DNA of 40,707 nt from an uncultured Candidatus Saccharibacteria bacterium (GTDB taxonomy: Bacteria; Patescibacteriota; Minisyncoccia; UBA6257; WO2-44-18). The notes beneath the pieces were generated by a model that saw only the letters and a program-made list of their open reading frames with translations, was not told the origin of the DNA and searched no databases. The stretch lies in the NCBI GenBank assembly GCA_964361325.1, contig CAYHZT010000002.1, positions 1 through 40,707 of the forward strand. The letters are read 5' to 3'. Position numbers and translations under genes: made by a program. Shown here in pieces: positions 22,801-31,218 of this stretch; position 1 is the first letter of the stretch, and each line of letters opens with the position of its first letter.

Positions 22801-23686
22801 TAATCGCCGCGCTTCCTTCTACTTCAGCGCCAACTAAGCTCAAAGCAACCAACTGGCCATTGTAGGCGTCTTGGTTGTTATCGGAATCACCAGCGATGGT
22901 GATAGTTCTCGTCTGTCCAGCCTTCACGACAAACTTTTCAGTAAGTCGAAGGCGATGGTCAGAGCTGAAAGTCTTAGCTGTACCAAAGCGGATTCCGTTG
23001 TCGTCCAAAGGAATTACTCCATTGAAAGCGGCATCGGAGCCTTGTCCCGTTCTTTCAACAATTAAAGCTTTAACAGTGACATCACCGTCAGATGATGCTG
23101 TGAATTTTAATTTCGTGAAAGCTCGGCTGGCGAAAGATTCGCCGAATAGGCCGGAAGATGGTTGATCAGACGCCAATGAGATAGTTAATCCAGAACCGCC
23201 AACTACGGGGCCTGGAACTGGCGCTGGAGAAGATCCTGCGGCAAGCACGGAATATTTTGCGCGAGATTTCGCGCCGAAATAACCGGCTGCTGGAGAAACT
23301 CCATTTGCGGCTTGCCATTTAGCAACGGCTGCGGCAGTCAATGAACCGAAATATTCGGTTTCACTTCCCGCTGAACCGACTCCACTCGCTGCAATTTTAG
23401 ATCCGCCAGCTCCGTTGAGGTACTGCTGTAAGCACTTAACTGCGCTGCCTTTTACACCAACGGTGAGGTCGTTAGAGAAAGTGCATGCGGTTGAAGAGCC
23501 ACCAGCTGAACCCAATTGGGCTTGCAGGGCAGCGATCTGGGCTAACAAGGCATTGATCTGGGTCTGCAAATCGGTCGTTGATTGCGCGTTAGCGACAACC
23601 GGGACCAACGTAGCGGCACCAGAAAGCCATACAACGGTCGTTGCTGAAAGCAAAACCGAAGTGATTTTCTTTGTTATTTTTCCCAT
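19871..23686 (-). CDS. large secreted surface (S-layer-like) protein: signal peptide, coiled-coil, peptidoglycan-binding domain, six beta-rich modules
   Basis: 1271 aa. Signal-like N-terminus ending in VVANA-QS, then the heptad segment DLQTQINALLAQIAALQAQL. A PG_binding_1-like segment follows (GVKGSAVKCLQQYLNG...EYFGSLTAAAVAKWQAANGVSPAAGYFG). After that, six recurrences of an (E/G)DI-x-V..L-type strand and a K-x-G....L.(I/V)KGD(I/V)-x-G-type strand. Rich in A/G/S/T/V and visibly higher in GC than its neighbours. Confidence 0.8.
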   Translation of the reverse strand: MGKITKKITSVLLSATTVVWLSGAATLVPVVANAQSTTDLQTQINALLAQIAALQAQLGSAGGSSTACTFSNDLTVGVKGSAVKCLQQYLNGAGGSKIAASGVGSAGSETEYFGSLTAAAVAKWQAANGVSPAAGYFGAKSRAKYSVLAAGSSPAPVPGPVVGGSGLTISLASDQPSSGLFGESFASRAFTKLKFTASSDGDVTVKALIVERTGQGSDAAFNGVIPLDDNGIRFGTAKTFSSDHRLRLTEKFVVKAGQTRTITIAGDSDNNQDAYNGQLVALSLVGAEVEGSAAINAAYPLVGATHTVNSTLAIGSLTLAKGSYDPGSGLTQEIGTTGYIFSGLRLTAGTNENVLVKSVQFNQSGSASVTDLANVKVILDGTTYDTTVSSDGKYFTANFGAGLQIDKGLNKELYIKGDITGGSARTVDFDLYRYADLQVKGLTYGYDLLPSATELTADNDDDSEFQDAEPRYDATQVFINAGTITAQNAPSVGAQNIAVNLSNQPLGGLLVDVKGEDITVASMNFDMSIVKTAGASVDTDDITNITLVREDGVVVAGPVDGVAATANVVRFTDTVTFKPGRTIYTLKGKIGTDVLSNHTITASTTPSTDWATVRGVTSGVTITPSPASAVTMSTMTAKAAALTVSLTPETQNNASTTGQTVVAGVSNYWFTTYVLDASGSGEDIRVNSLKLVLTASSSNTADDLTNCQLYKGATVLNTGSNIVNPSNSDAAGGVEKTFSLDSSLIIAKGTIMQLDMKCNIVSGANGSGTWQFGVTDVDASLNATGVTSGQTVDGSDSISGTDAGRSIAVVSSGTLAYATDPSSPSLKWAQAGSADNTLAVFRFNATNEDIRIDKIGLQMATSTLSSATMASNSPSDVSKVTVWDGSTKVGEAVFSSTDYATATLNLSSAVIVAKNSQKLLTVKADIAGIYISGPARPGHLVLVNYDASSSSNCAGGVNTSCQRGAVGVGMSSGVAVGSGGSDSATNGARIARAVPTVTKLALASQKFSNTTGNALYKFKVSAPAGTNGVGLYKFGFNIATNTSSVVELPDSVDGGVVDPTFNNDFMVTNLKLYCYSDSSFSQPSCGSWDNSGLLNAGGFGIMTGNAGDIAPTATSTDNADIVNQADPDMDFDVFFNPTDSAQGSTQEAIRVPAGETRYFVLKGDVTGASSTPSIAVKMNGDATLAGLNDIASDDVDGDPLDYTSQGDNWNTGRYVFATTASNVDAWDDDQFIWSGNSTNTTQDVADYDWMNGFMIPGLSNSDVGDTETLTL

Positions 23687-23844
23687 AAATTTTGTAATGT
23701 TTATTTTTATTGTTTACTTAGTAATTTTAATTAATTGCCCCCATCATTCTCTTACACTCGTGTGATAGAGAATCGACCTAGACAGAAAGCCAACCTTGAT
23801 TTCTATGTTCGATAGTGAGGGGGGTCTTTTATATCGTGAGGGAT

Positions 23845-23871
23845 AAAAAAACTCTCCCAATACTAGGGGAG
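23845..23871 (-). terminator. weak candidate terminator for the regulator gene inside the 282-nt gap
   Basis: On the minus strand it reads CTCCC-(8 nt)-GGGAG followed by AG and T7. The stem is only 5 bp. Confidence 0.3.
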
Positions 23872-23968
23872 GGCTGAATATAAACTAATCTCATGACTCA
23901 GCCTCACCCGAAGTCACTACATAGTTTATAACGAGGTAGGTTATTTTTTATTACGCCTAGCTTCCTTA

Positions 23969-24619
23969 TTACGCCTTAAGAGCGTAATAGCTTCCAGGGC
24001 CGCCACTGCCTATCCGCTCTAAAATACCCTGGTTGCATAGCCTCTGTAAGTCATAGCGCATAGTCCTTTCGCTTACTTCAGGGAATGCGGCAAGTAGGTC
24101 CTTAAGTTGGGTTTGCCGATTATCCGTTTGCCGAATTTTTTCTAAAATTGCCGATTGCCGAATTGTGCCATTAATACCGTTATTACCGTTGCCGGTTTCT
24201 GCCGCATTATCTTGCCGAGTCTGAGAGGAGTTTGCCTGCCCAACATTTGCGGTTGCCGAATCATTGCCGGACCAACTATCGCTAGAAATGACCGCTGGCG
24301 GTTTGGAAAACATTTCGCCAAAATTCGGCATTTCTCCTAAACCAACTAATTGCCGCATTGCCGCATTCAGCGTCTCCACCTCTCCGGTGATGATCTTGGC
24401 GTTCACCGGTTCTATTTCGTATATGTTTTTACCCAGGTTTATTAAAAGCTCTAAGCTAGCGGAGGTCCTAAGCGCGCTTTCAAAACTTTGCCCGGCCACA
24501 TCTTCCAGGAGCTGAAAAGCCATTCGCTCAATTCTTTGCCGCAAATCTTGCCGGCGAATGTACGCGGCAACTCTAATTAATGCATAACTAATTTCCTGAA
24601 CCTTCTGATTAACAAACAT
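23969..24619 (-). CDS. putative transcriptional regulator with C-terminal DeoR-type winged-helix domain
   Basis: 216 aa. The C-terminus LKDLLAAFPEVSERTMRYDLQRLCNQGILERIG resembles a DeoR-like wHTH. The N-terminus is helical. The middle is a low-complexity N/G/Q/S linker. Confidence 0.5.
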   Translation of the reverse strand: MFVNQKVQEISYALIRVAAYIRRQDLRQRIERMAFQLLEDVAGQSFESALRTSASLELLINLGKNIYEIEPVNAKIITGEVETLNAAMRQLVGLGEMPNFGEMFSKPPAVISSDSWSGNDSATANVGQANSSQTRQDNAAETGNGNNGINGTIRQSAILEKIRQTDNRQTQLKDLLAAFPEVSERTMRYDLQRLCNQGILERIGSGGPGSYYALKA

Positions 24620-24645
24620 TAAGAATTAATTTAAACTACCAGTAT

Positions 24646-25476
24646 ATGAAAGTCAATCCCGTTACAATTGCCGTATTGCCGGTTGCCGGTTTAGGAACCC
24701 GGGTAATGCCGCTAACGCTTCATCAACCGAAAGCAATGATCGGCATTGTTGATCGGCCAATGATTCACTATGTTATAGACGAAATTGTGGCGGCGGGAAT
24801 TCGCCATATTATAATCGTCGCCCAACCCAATCAACCGGAATTTAAAAAATACCTTGATTTTCTCAAAACCGATCCGGAATGGAAAAAGCTTAAGATAAAA
24901 ATTAATTTTGCCATCCAAAAAAATCCATGGGGCAACGGCGACGCGATATTTGCCGCCAGAAAATACTTGAAAGGTAAGCCGTTTCTAGTCTGTTTCAGCG
25001 ATGATTTATTAGTAGAGAAAAGGCCTCCTATGAAAACGTTGCTCGACTTATTTAGAAAAACCGGCTCTCCTACCTTAGTATTGGAATCGGTTCCTAAAAA
25101 AATAGTTTCACGCTACGGGGTAGTGGCATATCCAAAATCGGCAGCGGGCAAGACCCTAATACCGATTACCGATGTGGTAGAAAAGCCGAGACCATCTGAA
25201 GCGCCGTCAAACCTTACTATTATAGGAAGGTACGTGCTGACGCCCGCTATCTTAGATGAGCTGGGTAAGCTTTACCCTTATCGGGGCCGTGAAATCGGCA
25301 TTGCCGACGCGTTAAAGCACTATATATATGTAGGCGGCTTGGTTTACGGGTGGCGCTTTAAGGGAAAAAGGTTTGACGCCGGTTCTATGATCGGGCTTCT
25401 GCAGGCCCAGACTTATTTCGGTCTCCGCCATAAAAAGCTAGGCAAGGCATTCCGGCAATATCTCGACAAAAATTAA
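24646..25476 (+). CDS. galU: UTP--glucose-1-phosphate uridylyltransferase
   Basis: Motifs AVLPVAGLGTRVMPLTLHQPKAM, VEKPRPSEAPSNLTIIGRYVLTP and FDAGSMIG. Confidence 0.85.
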   Translation: MKVNPVTIAVLPVAGLGTRVMPLTLHQPKAMIGIVDRPMIHYVIDEIVAAGIRHIIIVAQPNQPEFKKYLDFLKTDPEWKKLKIKINFAIQKNPWGNGDAIFAARKYLKGKPFLVCFSDDLLVEKRPPMKTLLDLFRKTGSPTLVLESVPKKIVSRYGVVAYPKSAAGKTLIPITDVVEKPRPSEAPSNLTIIGRYVLTPAILDELGKLYPYRGREIGIADALKHYIYVGGLVYGWRFKGKRFDAGSMIGLLQAQTYFGLRHKKLGKAFRQYLDKN

Positions 25477-26159
25477 AGACCCCAACGGGAAGTAGCGAAA
25501 ATCAAAAGAGCCAATAAAACAAAAATAGTCACGTCAATTAAAATTCGCCGGCGGGGAAGATGACCGGAAAGTTGATATTCGGCTAAATCCAAAATAATAA
25601 AATAGGCGAGCAGTCCAAGATTGGCGGCGTTTACAAAACCAATCGGTAAAAGACCAATCACCCAAATGCTTTGCGCCATCAAAAAAGCGAGTAGCCAAGC
25701 CGTTAAACGATTTTTAAACGACTCTTTTAATAAAAATAGGAACGCGCAGAAAACAACCAAGAGCTTAATTAAGAAAAATTCCTGATTGTAGTAAAAAAAC
25801 AAAAGCAGGGACATATGCACTAACGCCAAATTTAAAAACCGGTGCCAGCCGGCTCGTTTTATCACGACAAGGTCCTTGATGCCTAAAATCAGATAAAACA
25901 AGAACGCGAAATATATAATCAAAAACAGGGAATAATCCCATCTGTTCACGGTTTGCAAAGCAAGTAAAGAAACAATCAGAAGAACCGATAACGGGCGGAT
26001 AAGTTCGATGGTCCTAAAAAGCGGGATCGCGTAAAGCAAAACGGCCAACAACACAAAAAGCACCGCCGGCAAAAAGCTCAAACCGGCGCCAAACGCGACG
26101 GCTTTAAGAGCTAACAGTAATTGAGGACTTTTCAAAACTGATTTTAACTTTGTCACCAT
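25473..26159 (-). CDS. hypothetical multi-pass membrane protein
   Basis: 228 aa, about 6-7 hydrophobic helices, no recognisable family. The annotated start overlaps the clpB end by 56 nt, so the true start may be further downstream. Confidence 0.6.
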   Translation of the reverse strand: MVTKLKSVLKSPQLLLALKAVAFGAGLSFLPAVLFVLLAVLLYAIPLFRTIELIRPLSVLLIVSLLALQTVNRWDYSLFLIIYFAFLFYLILGIKDLVVIKRAGWHRFLNLALVHMSLLLFFYYNQEFFLIKLLVVFCAFLFLLKESFKNRLTAWLLAFLMAQSIWVIGLLPIGFVNAANLGLLAYFIILDLAEYQLSGHLPRRRILIDVTIFVLLALLIFATSRWGL

Positions 26160-28719
26160 CTTTTATATCGCCGCCTATAATTTTATCAGCCAATTTGTCT
26201 AAAATGGCTTTTTGAATCAAGCGCCGGATCGGCCTGGCGCCATATTCGGGGTCAAAACCATTATCTACAATGTATTTCTTGGCTGCCGGATCAATATTGA
26301 TTTTAATATTGCGCCCCTTTAACTTCTCCTTGACCAAGTCAAGTTGCAAATCAACAATTTTTTCTATTTCTTTTTTGCGAAGCGTATTAAACACGACGAT
26401 TTCATCTACCCGGTTCAAAAATTCCGGCTTAAAGGTACGCTTCAAGGATTCCATGATTCTTTCTTTCAAATCAGCTTCTCTGGCTTCCATTTGATTGTCG
26501 TCAGAAACAAATCCCAGTTTGGACATTTCTTTGAAATACTGGCTGCCAACGTTGGAAGTCATAATAATAATGGCGTTTCTGAAGTTGACCAATTTACCCT
26601 TGCCGTCGGTCAGCCTGCCGTTGTCCAAAATCTGCAGCAAGATATTAAACACTTCGGGATGGGCTTTTTCGATTTCATCAAATAAAATCAAACTATAAGG
26701 ACGATGCCTGATAATTTCGGTCAGTTGGCCGCCGTCTTCAAAACCGACATAGCCCGGCGGCGAACCAATCAGCCGAGCGACAGAATGTTTTTCCATATAT
26801 TCGGACATATCAATACGGACAATTGCCTTTTCGTCATTGAACATAAACTCCGCCAACGTACGAGCCAATTCTGTTTTACCTACGCCGGTCGGACCCAAAA
26901 ACATAAACGAACCAAGCGGCCGATTCTCATCCGCAAGGCCGGCCCTGGCTCGCCGCAACGAATTAGCGACCGCGCCTGTGGCTTCACTTTGGCCGATTAC
27001 TCTCTGCCCAAGCGTTTCTTCAATCCGGGTTAGCTTTTTTACTTCGGACTCCAACATTCGGCTGACTGGAATGCCCGTCCAACGGGAAACCACCGCCGCA
27101 ATATCTTCGGGATCCACCGACTCTTTGATGAAACCGCCCGACTTGGCATTTTTTTTCTCGAAGTTTTTGTAATCTTTCTCGGCTTGCGGCAAAGTGCCGT
27201 AAATTATTTTTGCCACTCCTTCCAAATTTCCTTCCCGTTCGGCTACTTCCGCCTGGCGTTTGAGGTCGTCTATTTTTTTACGAAGATTGTGCAGATTTTC
27301 CAAGGCAAGTTTTTCTCCACGCCAAGAAGCGGACAAATCCTCGTCTTTTGCTTTAAGTTTTTCAATTGAATCTTTAAGAACTTTAAGACGCGCTTTGTTG
27401 CCGGGCGAAGAATCCCTGCCGATCGCGGAACGCTCTATTTCGTTGCGAGTAATTTCACGGCGTGCTTTATCTATTTCTGTTGGCAAACTCTCCGTTTCCA
27501 AACGACGAGCCGCCGCCGCCTCATCAATTAAATCTACGGCCTTATCGGGAAGAAAACGATCGCTGATATAGCGTGCCGAAAGATTTACGGCGGTAATAAT
27601 CGCTTCGTCGCTAATGCGCAAACCGTGGTGCATTTCATATTTTTCTTTAAGTCCGCGCAGAATTAGAACCGCGTCCTCTACGCTGGGCTCCTCAACCATA
27701 ATAGGCTGAAAACGGCGCTCCAAAGCCGCGTCTTTTTCTATATGACGCTGGTATTCCCGGGTAGTGGTGGCGCCGATGGCGTGGAGTTCGCCGCGAGCCA
27801 ATGGCGGCTTGAGAAGATTGGAGGCGTCAATGGCACCCTCGGCGGCGCCAGCGCCGACAATCATATGAATTTCATCAATAAATAAAATCAGACGACCCGC
27901 GGCATTTTGAATTTCTTTTACAAAAGCCTTAAGACGATCTTCGAACTCGCCGCGAAATTTAGTGCCAGCAATCAACGAACCGAGATCCAGCATGATTATT
28001 TCTTTATCTTTTAATGTTTCGGGGACGTCGCCGGAAATAATTCTTTGAGCCAATCCCTCAACGATTGCGGTTTTGCCCACGCCGGGTTCTCCGATTAAAA
28101 CCGGGTTGTTTTTGGTGCGACGGCTCAAGACCTGAATCAAACGATGTAGTTCTTCACTGCGGCCGATAACCGGATCCAGCTTACCTTCGCGCGCCCGATC
28201 AGTAAGATTGATGGCGTATTTTTCCAAAACTTGAAATTTACTCTCCGGGCTTTCATCGGTTACCCGCGCAGAGCCGCGCAATTGCGCCAATGCCCGAAAG
28301 GCCATATCGCGTTTCAGTCCGAATTTTTCCAATATTTTTTGCGCCGAGGAATTGAATTCTAAAATACCGAGAAGCAAGTGCTCGCAGGAAATATACTCAT
28401 CTTTTTGAGAAATGGCGATTTTGCCGGCCTTATCCAAAACCTGCATTAACTCCGGCGAAAGATAAAGCTGGCCGATATTGGAAGAAGTCGTGAAAATTTT
28501 AGGCATTTTTTTCAACTCTTCCTCAATCTCTCTGTATAAAACGTCTAAATTGACGCCAGCTTTGACTAGCATGGGACGAACCAACGATTGCTCGTCGCCG
28601 ATTAAAGCAAAAAGAAGGTGAATAATTTTAAATTCACCGTGATTTCGCTGGGCGGCAAGTTCTTGAGCGTTTTGGATCGCTTCTTGCGCCCTGATTGTGA
28701 AACGGTTGAAATTAGGCAT
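26104..28719 (-). CDS. clpB: ATP-dependent chaperone ClpB
   Basis: 871 aa. Two AAA+ modules (GEPGVGKT and GPTGVGKT) with a long coiled-coil middle domain between them and a Clp N-domain. Confidence 0.95.
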   Translation of the reverse strand: MPNFNRFTIRAQEAIQNAQELAAQRNHGEFKIIHLLFALIGDEQSLVRPMLVKAGVNLDVLYREIEEELKKMPKIFTTSSNIGQLYLSPELMQVLDKAGKIAISQKDEYISCEHLLLGILEFNSSAQKILEKFGLKRDMAFRALAQLRGSARVTDESPESKFQVLEKYAINLTDRAREGKLDPVIGRSEELHRLIQVLSRRTKNNPVLIGEPGVGKTAIVEGLAQRIISGDVPETLKDKEIIMLDLGSLIAGTKFRGEFEDRLKAFVKEIQNAAGRLILFIDEIHMIVGAGAAEGAIDASNLLKPPLARGELHAIGATTTREYQRHIEKDAALERRFQPIMVEEPSVEDAVLILRGLKEKYEMHHGLRISDEAIITAVNLSARYISDRFLPDKAVDLIDEAAAARRLETESLPTEIDKARREITRNEIERSAIGRDSSPGNKARLKVLKDSIEKLKAKDEDLSASWRGEKLALENLHNLRKKIDDLKRQAEVAEREGNLEGVAKIIYGTLPQAEKDYKNFEKKNAKSGGFIKESVDPEDIAAVVSRWTGIPVSRMLESEVKKLTRIEETLGQRVIGQSEATGAVANSLRRARAGLADENRPLGSFMFLGPTGVGKTELARTLAEFMFNDEKAIVRIDMSEYMEKHSVARLIGSPPGYVGFEDGGQLTEIIRHRPYSLILFDEIEKAHPEVFNILLQILDNGRLTDGKGKLVNFRNAIIIMTSNVGSQYFKEMSKLGFVSDDNQMEAREADLKERIMESLKRTFKPEFLNRVDEIVVFNTLRKKEIEKIVDLQLDLVKEKLKGRNIKINIDPAAKKYIVDNGFDPEYGARPIRRLIQKAILDKLADKIIGGDIKDGDKVKISFEKSSITVSS

Positions 28720-28744
28720 TTTCTACTGACAGATTAACACGAAA

Positions 28745-30100
28745 TTAACGGTTTTTCAAGCACTTTTTAATGCTGGCAATCGCCGAGTCAATTTCTTTAT
28801 TCGTAGTCGGACGGCCAAAACTAAAACGCAAACTTCCCGAAGCGCGCGCCGGCGTAAAACCCAGCGCTTCCAATACATAAGACGCTTTATTCACTCTTGT
28901 GGCGCAAGCGGCGCCGGGTGAAACGGCCACTCCTCCAACTAAATCAAACTTAATCAGTAATTCTTGCGCCTTTCGTCCGGAAAAATAAATGTTGAGATTA
29001 TTCGGCAAGCGATTTCGCAACGATCCATTCAGCGCAACCGATTTTGAACCTAGAGTTTTTTGAAGCAACTGCCAAAAATAGTTTCGTAATTTTTCCATTC
29101 TGGCCGATTCGGACTTTCTCGCCTCGTCGGCAAGCTCTACCGCTTTGGCAAAACCGACAATATACGGAACGTTTTCCGTACCGGAGCGTAAGCCGTTTTC
29201 CTGATCGCCACCGGTCATAATTGGTTTAACTAATTGTAAATCCGAAATTCGAGTATCGAAATTCGAAACGTTTTTGAATTTTGAACTTTGAACTTGTTTC
29301 GGATTTCGTGCTTCGTGCTTTGAATTTCTCACATAGAGCGCGCCTATTCCCTTGGGGCCATAGATTTTGTGAGCCGAGAGCGTCATTAAATCAACGCCCA
29401 ATCCGCCAGGTGGCGGATTCACGTTACAATCCAAATACTGAAAGGCCTGGACGGCGTCGGTATGCAGAAGCGGATAAGCCGCTTCAAAATCCGAAATTCG
29501 AATATCGAAATTCGAAACTGTTTTTGATTTTGAATTTTGAATTTGTTTCGGATTTCGTGCTTCGTGCTTCGAATTTTTGAAATTGCGAATAATATTAGCG
29601 ATTTCCCGAATCGGTTGAATTGCGCCAATTTCATTATTCGCGTAAATAATAGAAACCAATATCGTCTGATCGTTTAACGCCGTTTTAAATTTTTTTAAGT
29701 CCATCAGTCCGTCTTTGGAAACGGGAATGTAAATAACCTCTACGCCATCTTTTTCCAGATCGCGGCAGGTTTCCAAAACCGATTCGTGTTCAATCGCGGT
29801 TGTTATGATCCTGGGTTTCTTAATTCTTAATTCCTGATTCATAATTCCCTTAACCGAGCCCCTCAAAGCGAGATTATTCGCCTCTGTAGCCGAACCGGTA
29901 AAAATAATCTCCCGATAATCGGCGCCAATAGAATGAGCAATTGTTTGGCGTGAAACAAAAACCGCCCTTGACGCCTCCTGGCCGAAACGATGAAGCGAAT
30001 TAGGGTTGGCAAAAATTTTAGTAAAATACGGCGACATTGCCGCCATTACTTTAGAATCAATCGGCGTTGAAGCGGCATAATCGAAATAAATAGGCTTCAT
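28745..30100 (-). CDS. cysteine desulfurase (NifS/IscS class) carrying three in-frame repeat insertions
   Basis: PLP-lysine context SAHKIYGPKG, plus GGDQENGLRSGTEN and the active-site loop SPGAACAT. At 451 aa it is about 60-70 aa longer than usual because of the repeat-encoded segments. Confidence 0.9.
   Translation of the reverse strand: MKPIYFDYAASTPIDSKVMAAMSPYFTKIFANPNSLHRFGQEASRAVFVSRQTIAHSIGADYREIIFTGSATEANNLALRGSVKGIMNQELRIKKPRIITTAIEHESVLETCRDLEKDGVEVIYIPVSKDGLMDLKKFKTALNDQTILVSIIYANNEIGAIQPIREIANIIRNFKNSKHEARNPKQIQNSKSKTVSNFDIRISDFEAAYPLLHTDAVQAFQYLDCNVNPPPGGLGVDLMTLSAHKIYGPKGIGALYVRNSKHEARNPKQVQSSKFKNVSNFDTRISDLQLVKPIMTGGDQENGLRSGTENVPYIVGFAKAVELADEARKSESARMEKLRNYFWQLLQKTLGSKSVALNGSLRNRLPNNLNIYFSGRKAQELLIKFDLVGGVAVSPGAACATRVNKASYVLEALGFTPARASGSLRFSFGRPTTNKEIDSAIASIKKCLKNR
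29238..29328. repeat. ~91-nt heptamer-periodic hairpin element, copy A, in-frame in the cysteine desulfurase
   Basis: AAATCCG AAATTCG AGTATCG AAATTCG ... TCGTGCT TCGTGCT TTGAATT. Internal 10-bp inverted repeat AAATCCGAAA (29238-29247) / TTTCGGATTT (29297-29306). About 92% identical to copy B by eye. Encodes RNSKHEARNPKQVQSSKFKNVSNFDTRISDL. Confidence 0.9.
29487..29577. repeat. ~91-nt heptamer-periodic hairpin element, copy B, in-frame in the cysteine desulfurase
   Basis: Same element 249 nt (83 codons) from copy A, in the same orientation and phase. Inverted repeat at 29487-29496 / 29546-29555. Encodes KNSKHEARNPKQIQNSKSKTVSNFDIRISDF. Confidence 0.9.
29819..29846. repeat. heptamer tract TTAATTC TTAATTC CTGATTC ATAATTC inside the cysteine desulfurase
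   Basis: Read directly. Encodes MNQELRIKK. Same family as the tracts in the GT4 genes. Confidence 0.85.
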
Positions 30101-30157
30101 AGTGTTGTTTTATACTAAACCTTGACCAAGCTTAATAAAAGATGTAGTTTATTGGCA

Positions 30158-30640
30158 ATGTCAGATTTTTTCAATAGCTCTCTGGGGTTAAAAATGAGCG
30201 CCGAACAGGTTGGGCGGGAAATTGTTAACTTTATGAAAGCCGATTCTCAAAAAGAATATAAAATAACCATTGGCACCGATTCGCTTAGAACTCACGATAA
30301 TCTCGCCGATTTCGTAACTGCCATCGTGGTTCATCGGGTTGGCAACGGTGGCCGGTATTTTTGGCGGCGTATTGATAATTCGGAAAAATATCATACTCTG
30401 CGCGATCGCATAACCCACGAAGTATTGATTTCTTTGGAAGCCGCAAAAGAATTTTTGAACGAATTAAAACAACTTGAAGCGCCGAAATTTGATTTTGAAA
30501 TTCATATTGATATTGGTGAAAACGGCGCCTCTAAAGTTATGATCCAGGAGTTGGTAGGAATGATCCGCGCCAATAATTTTGAGGTAAGGACCAAGCCCGA
30601 CAGCTACGCCGCTTCCAACGTAGCCGATCGTCACGTCTAA
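30158..30640 (+). CDS. RNase H-like YkuK/DUF458 family protein
   Basis: YKITIGTDS...DFVTAIVVHRVGNGGRYF pattern typical of DUF458. The track start at 30122 is a TTG; the ATG at 30158 (MSDFF) is preferred. Confidence 0.65.
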   Translation: MSDFFNSSLGLKMSAEQVGREIVNFMKADSQKEYKITIGTDSLRTHDNLADFVTAIVVHRVGNGGRYFWRRIDNSEKYHTLRDRITHEVLISLEAAKEFLNELKQLEAPKFDFEIHIDIGENGASKVMIQELVGMIRANNFEVRTKPDSYAASNVADRHV

Positions 30641-30654
30641 ACTATAATTTAAAA

Positions 30655-31218
30655 ATGGATAAGCTTGTTATTGATATAGAAACGAAAAATACTTTTGCCG
30701 ATGTTGGCGGGCAAGAATATGTTAAAAAGTTGGACGCCTCTTTCGTCGGCGTTTATTCATACAATAAAGACGCTTATTTTTCTTTTTTCGAAAATCAATT
30801 CGGCGAACTTAATGAACTTTTAAAAAAGGCTGGTTTGATAATCGGATTCAGTATCAATCGCTTTGACATCCCGGTTTTGGAAAAGTACGTCAATTTTGAC
30901 ATCTGGTCTATTCCCCGCCTGGATCTTTTGGAAGAAGTAGAAATTGGCTTGGGCAGTCGTATCAGTCTGGATATTCTGGCCAAAACCAATCTCGGCATCG
31001 GAAAAACTCACCACGGCCTTGAGGCAATTAAATTTTATCGGGAAGGTAATTTCGAAGAGCTAAAAAGTTATTGCTTAAATGACGTTAAAATCACCAAAGA
31101 GCTTTATGAAATGGCTAAAAAACAGAGGCACCTAATGGTGCCTCATCGCCAGACCGGCGAATTGCTGAAAGTAGTAATGAACTGGCAAGAAGTTGATTTG
31201 CCGGCTACTTTATTTTAA
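30655..31218 (+). CDS. RNase H-fold DEDD-type 3'-5' exonuclease-like protein (YprB-like)
   Basis: 187 aa. Motifs LVIDIET (ExoI-like D-x-E), GFSINRFDIPVL and YCLNDVKITKELY. Confidence 0.6.
   Translation: MDKLVIDIETKNTFADVGGQEYVKKLDASFVGVYSYNKDAYFSFFENQFGELNELLKKAGLIIGFSINRFDIPVLEKYVNFDIWSIPRLDLLEEVEIGLGSRISLDILAKTNLGIGKTHHGLEAIKFYREGNFEELKSYCLNDVKITKELYEMAKKQRHLMVPHRQTGELLKVVMNWQEVDLPATLF

Noticed and set aside
23399-23410. 12-nt match GATCCGCCAGCT shared by the S-layer-like gene and the PMM palindrome (32580-32591)
   Set aside because: Many 12-mer coincidences are expected by chance in a 40-kb window read on both strands. No extended similarity surrounds the match.
19871-23686. Higher GC of the S-layer-like gene as evidence of a horizontally acquired island
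   Set aside because: The shift coincides exactly with one ORF whose A/G/S/T/V-rich composition forces GC-rich codons. No integrase, tRNA or direct repeats flank it, and the flanking genes are co-oriented with it. A compositional explanation is sufficient.
19936-23765. Many 60-140-aa ORFs on both strands inside the S-layer-like gene (for example 20475..20855, 21246..21671, 23415..23765)
   Set aside because: They are typical alternative-frame and antisense ORFs of a long, GC-richer, Ala/Gly/Ser/Thr-rich gene. They have low-complexity translations and no motifs, and they are fully nested in a 1271-aa ORF with recognisable domains.
19871-24619. A diversity-generating retroelement targeting the surface protein
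   Set aside because: There is no reverse transcriptase gene, and I could find no template/variable repeat pair (a near-identical ~100-nt copy with adenine-specific differences) by eye in or around the gene.
24100-24700. Striking clustering of TTGCCG on the plus strand (about a dozen copies in 600 nt)
   Set aside because: In the minus-strand regulator gene it corresponds to repeated CGG-CAA (Arg-Gln) and GGC-AA(T/C) (Gly-Asn) codons of a low-complexity linker. In galU it corresponds to ordinary Ile-Ala-Val-Leu-Pro-Val-Ala codons. There is no regular spacing suggesting binding sites.
29281-29634. Track ORFs 29281..29580(+) and 29419..29634(-) within the cysteine desulfurase
   Set aside because: They exist only because the 91-nt repeat elements are stop-free in several frames. 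They are nested in a well-supported desulfurase ORF.
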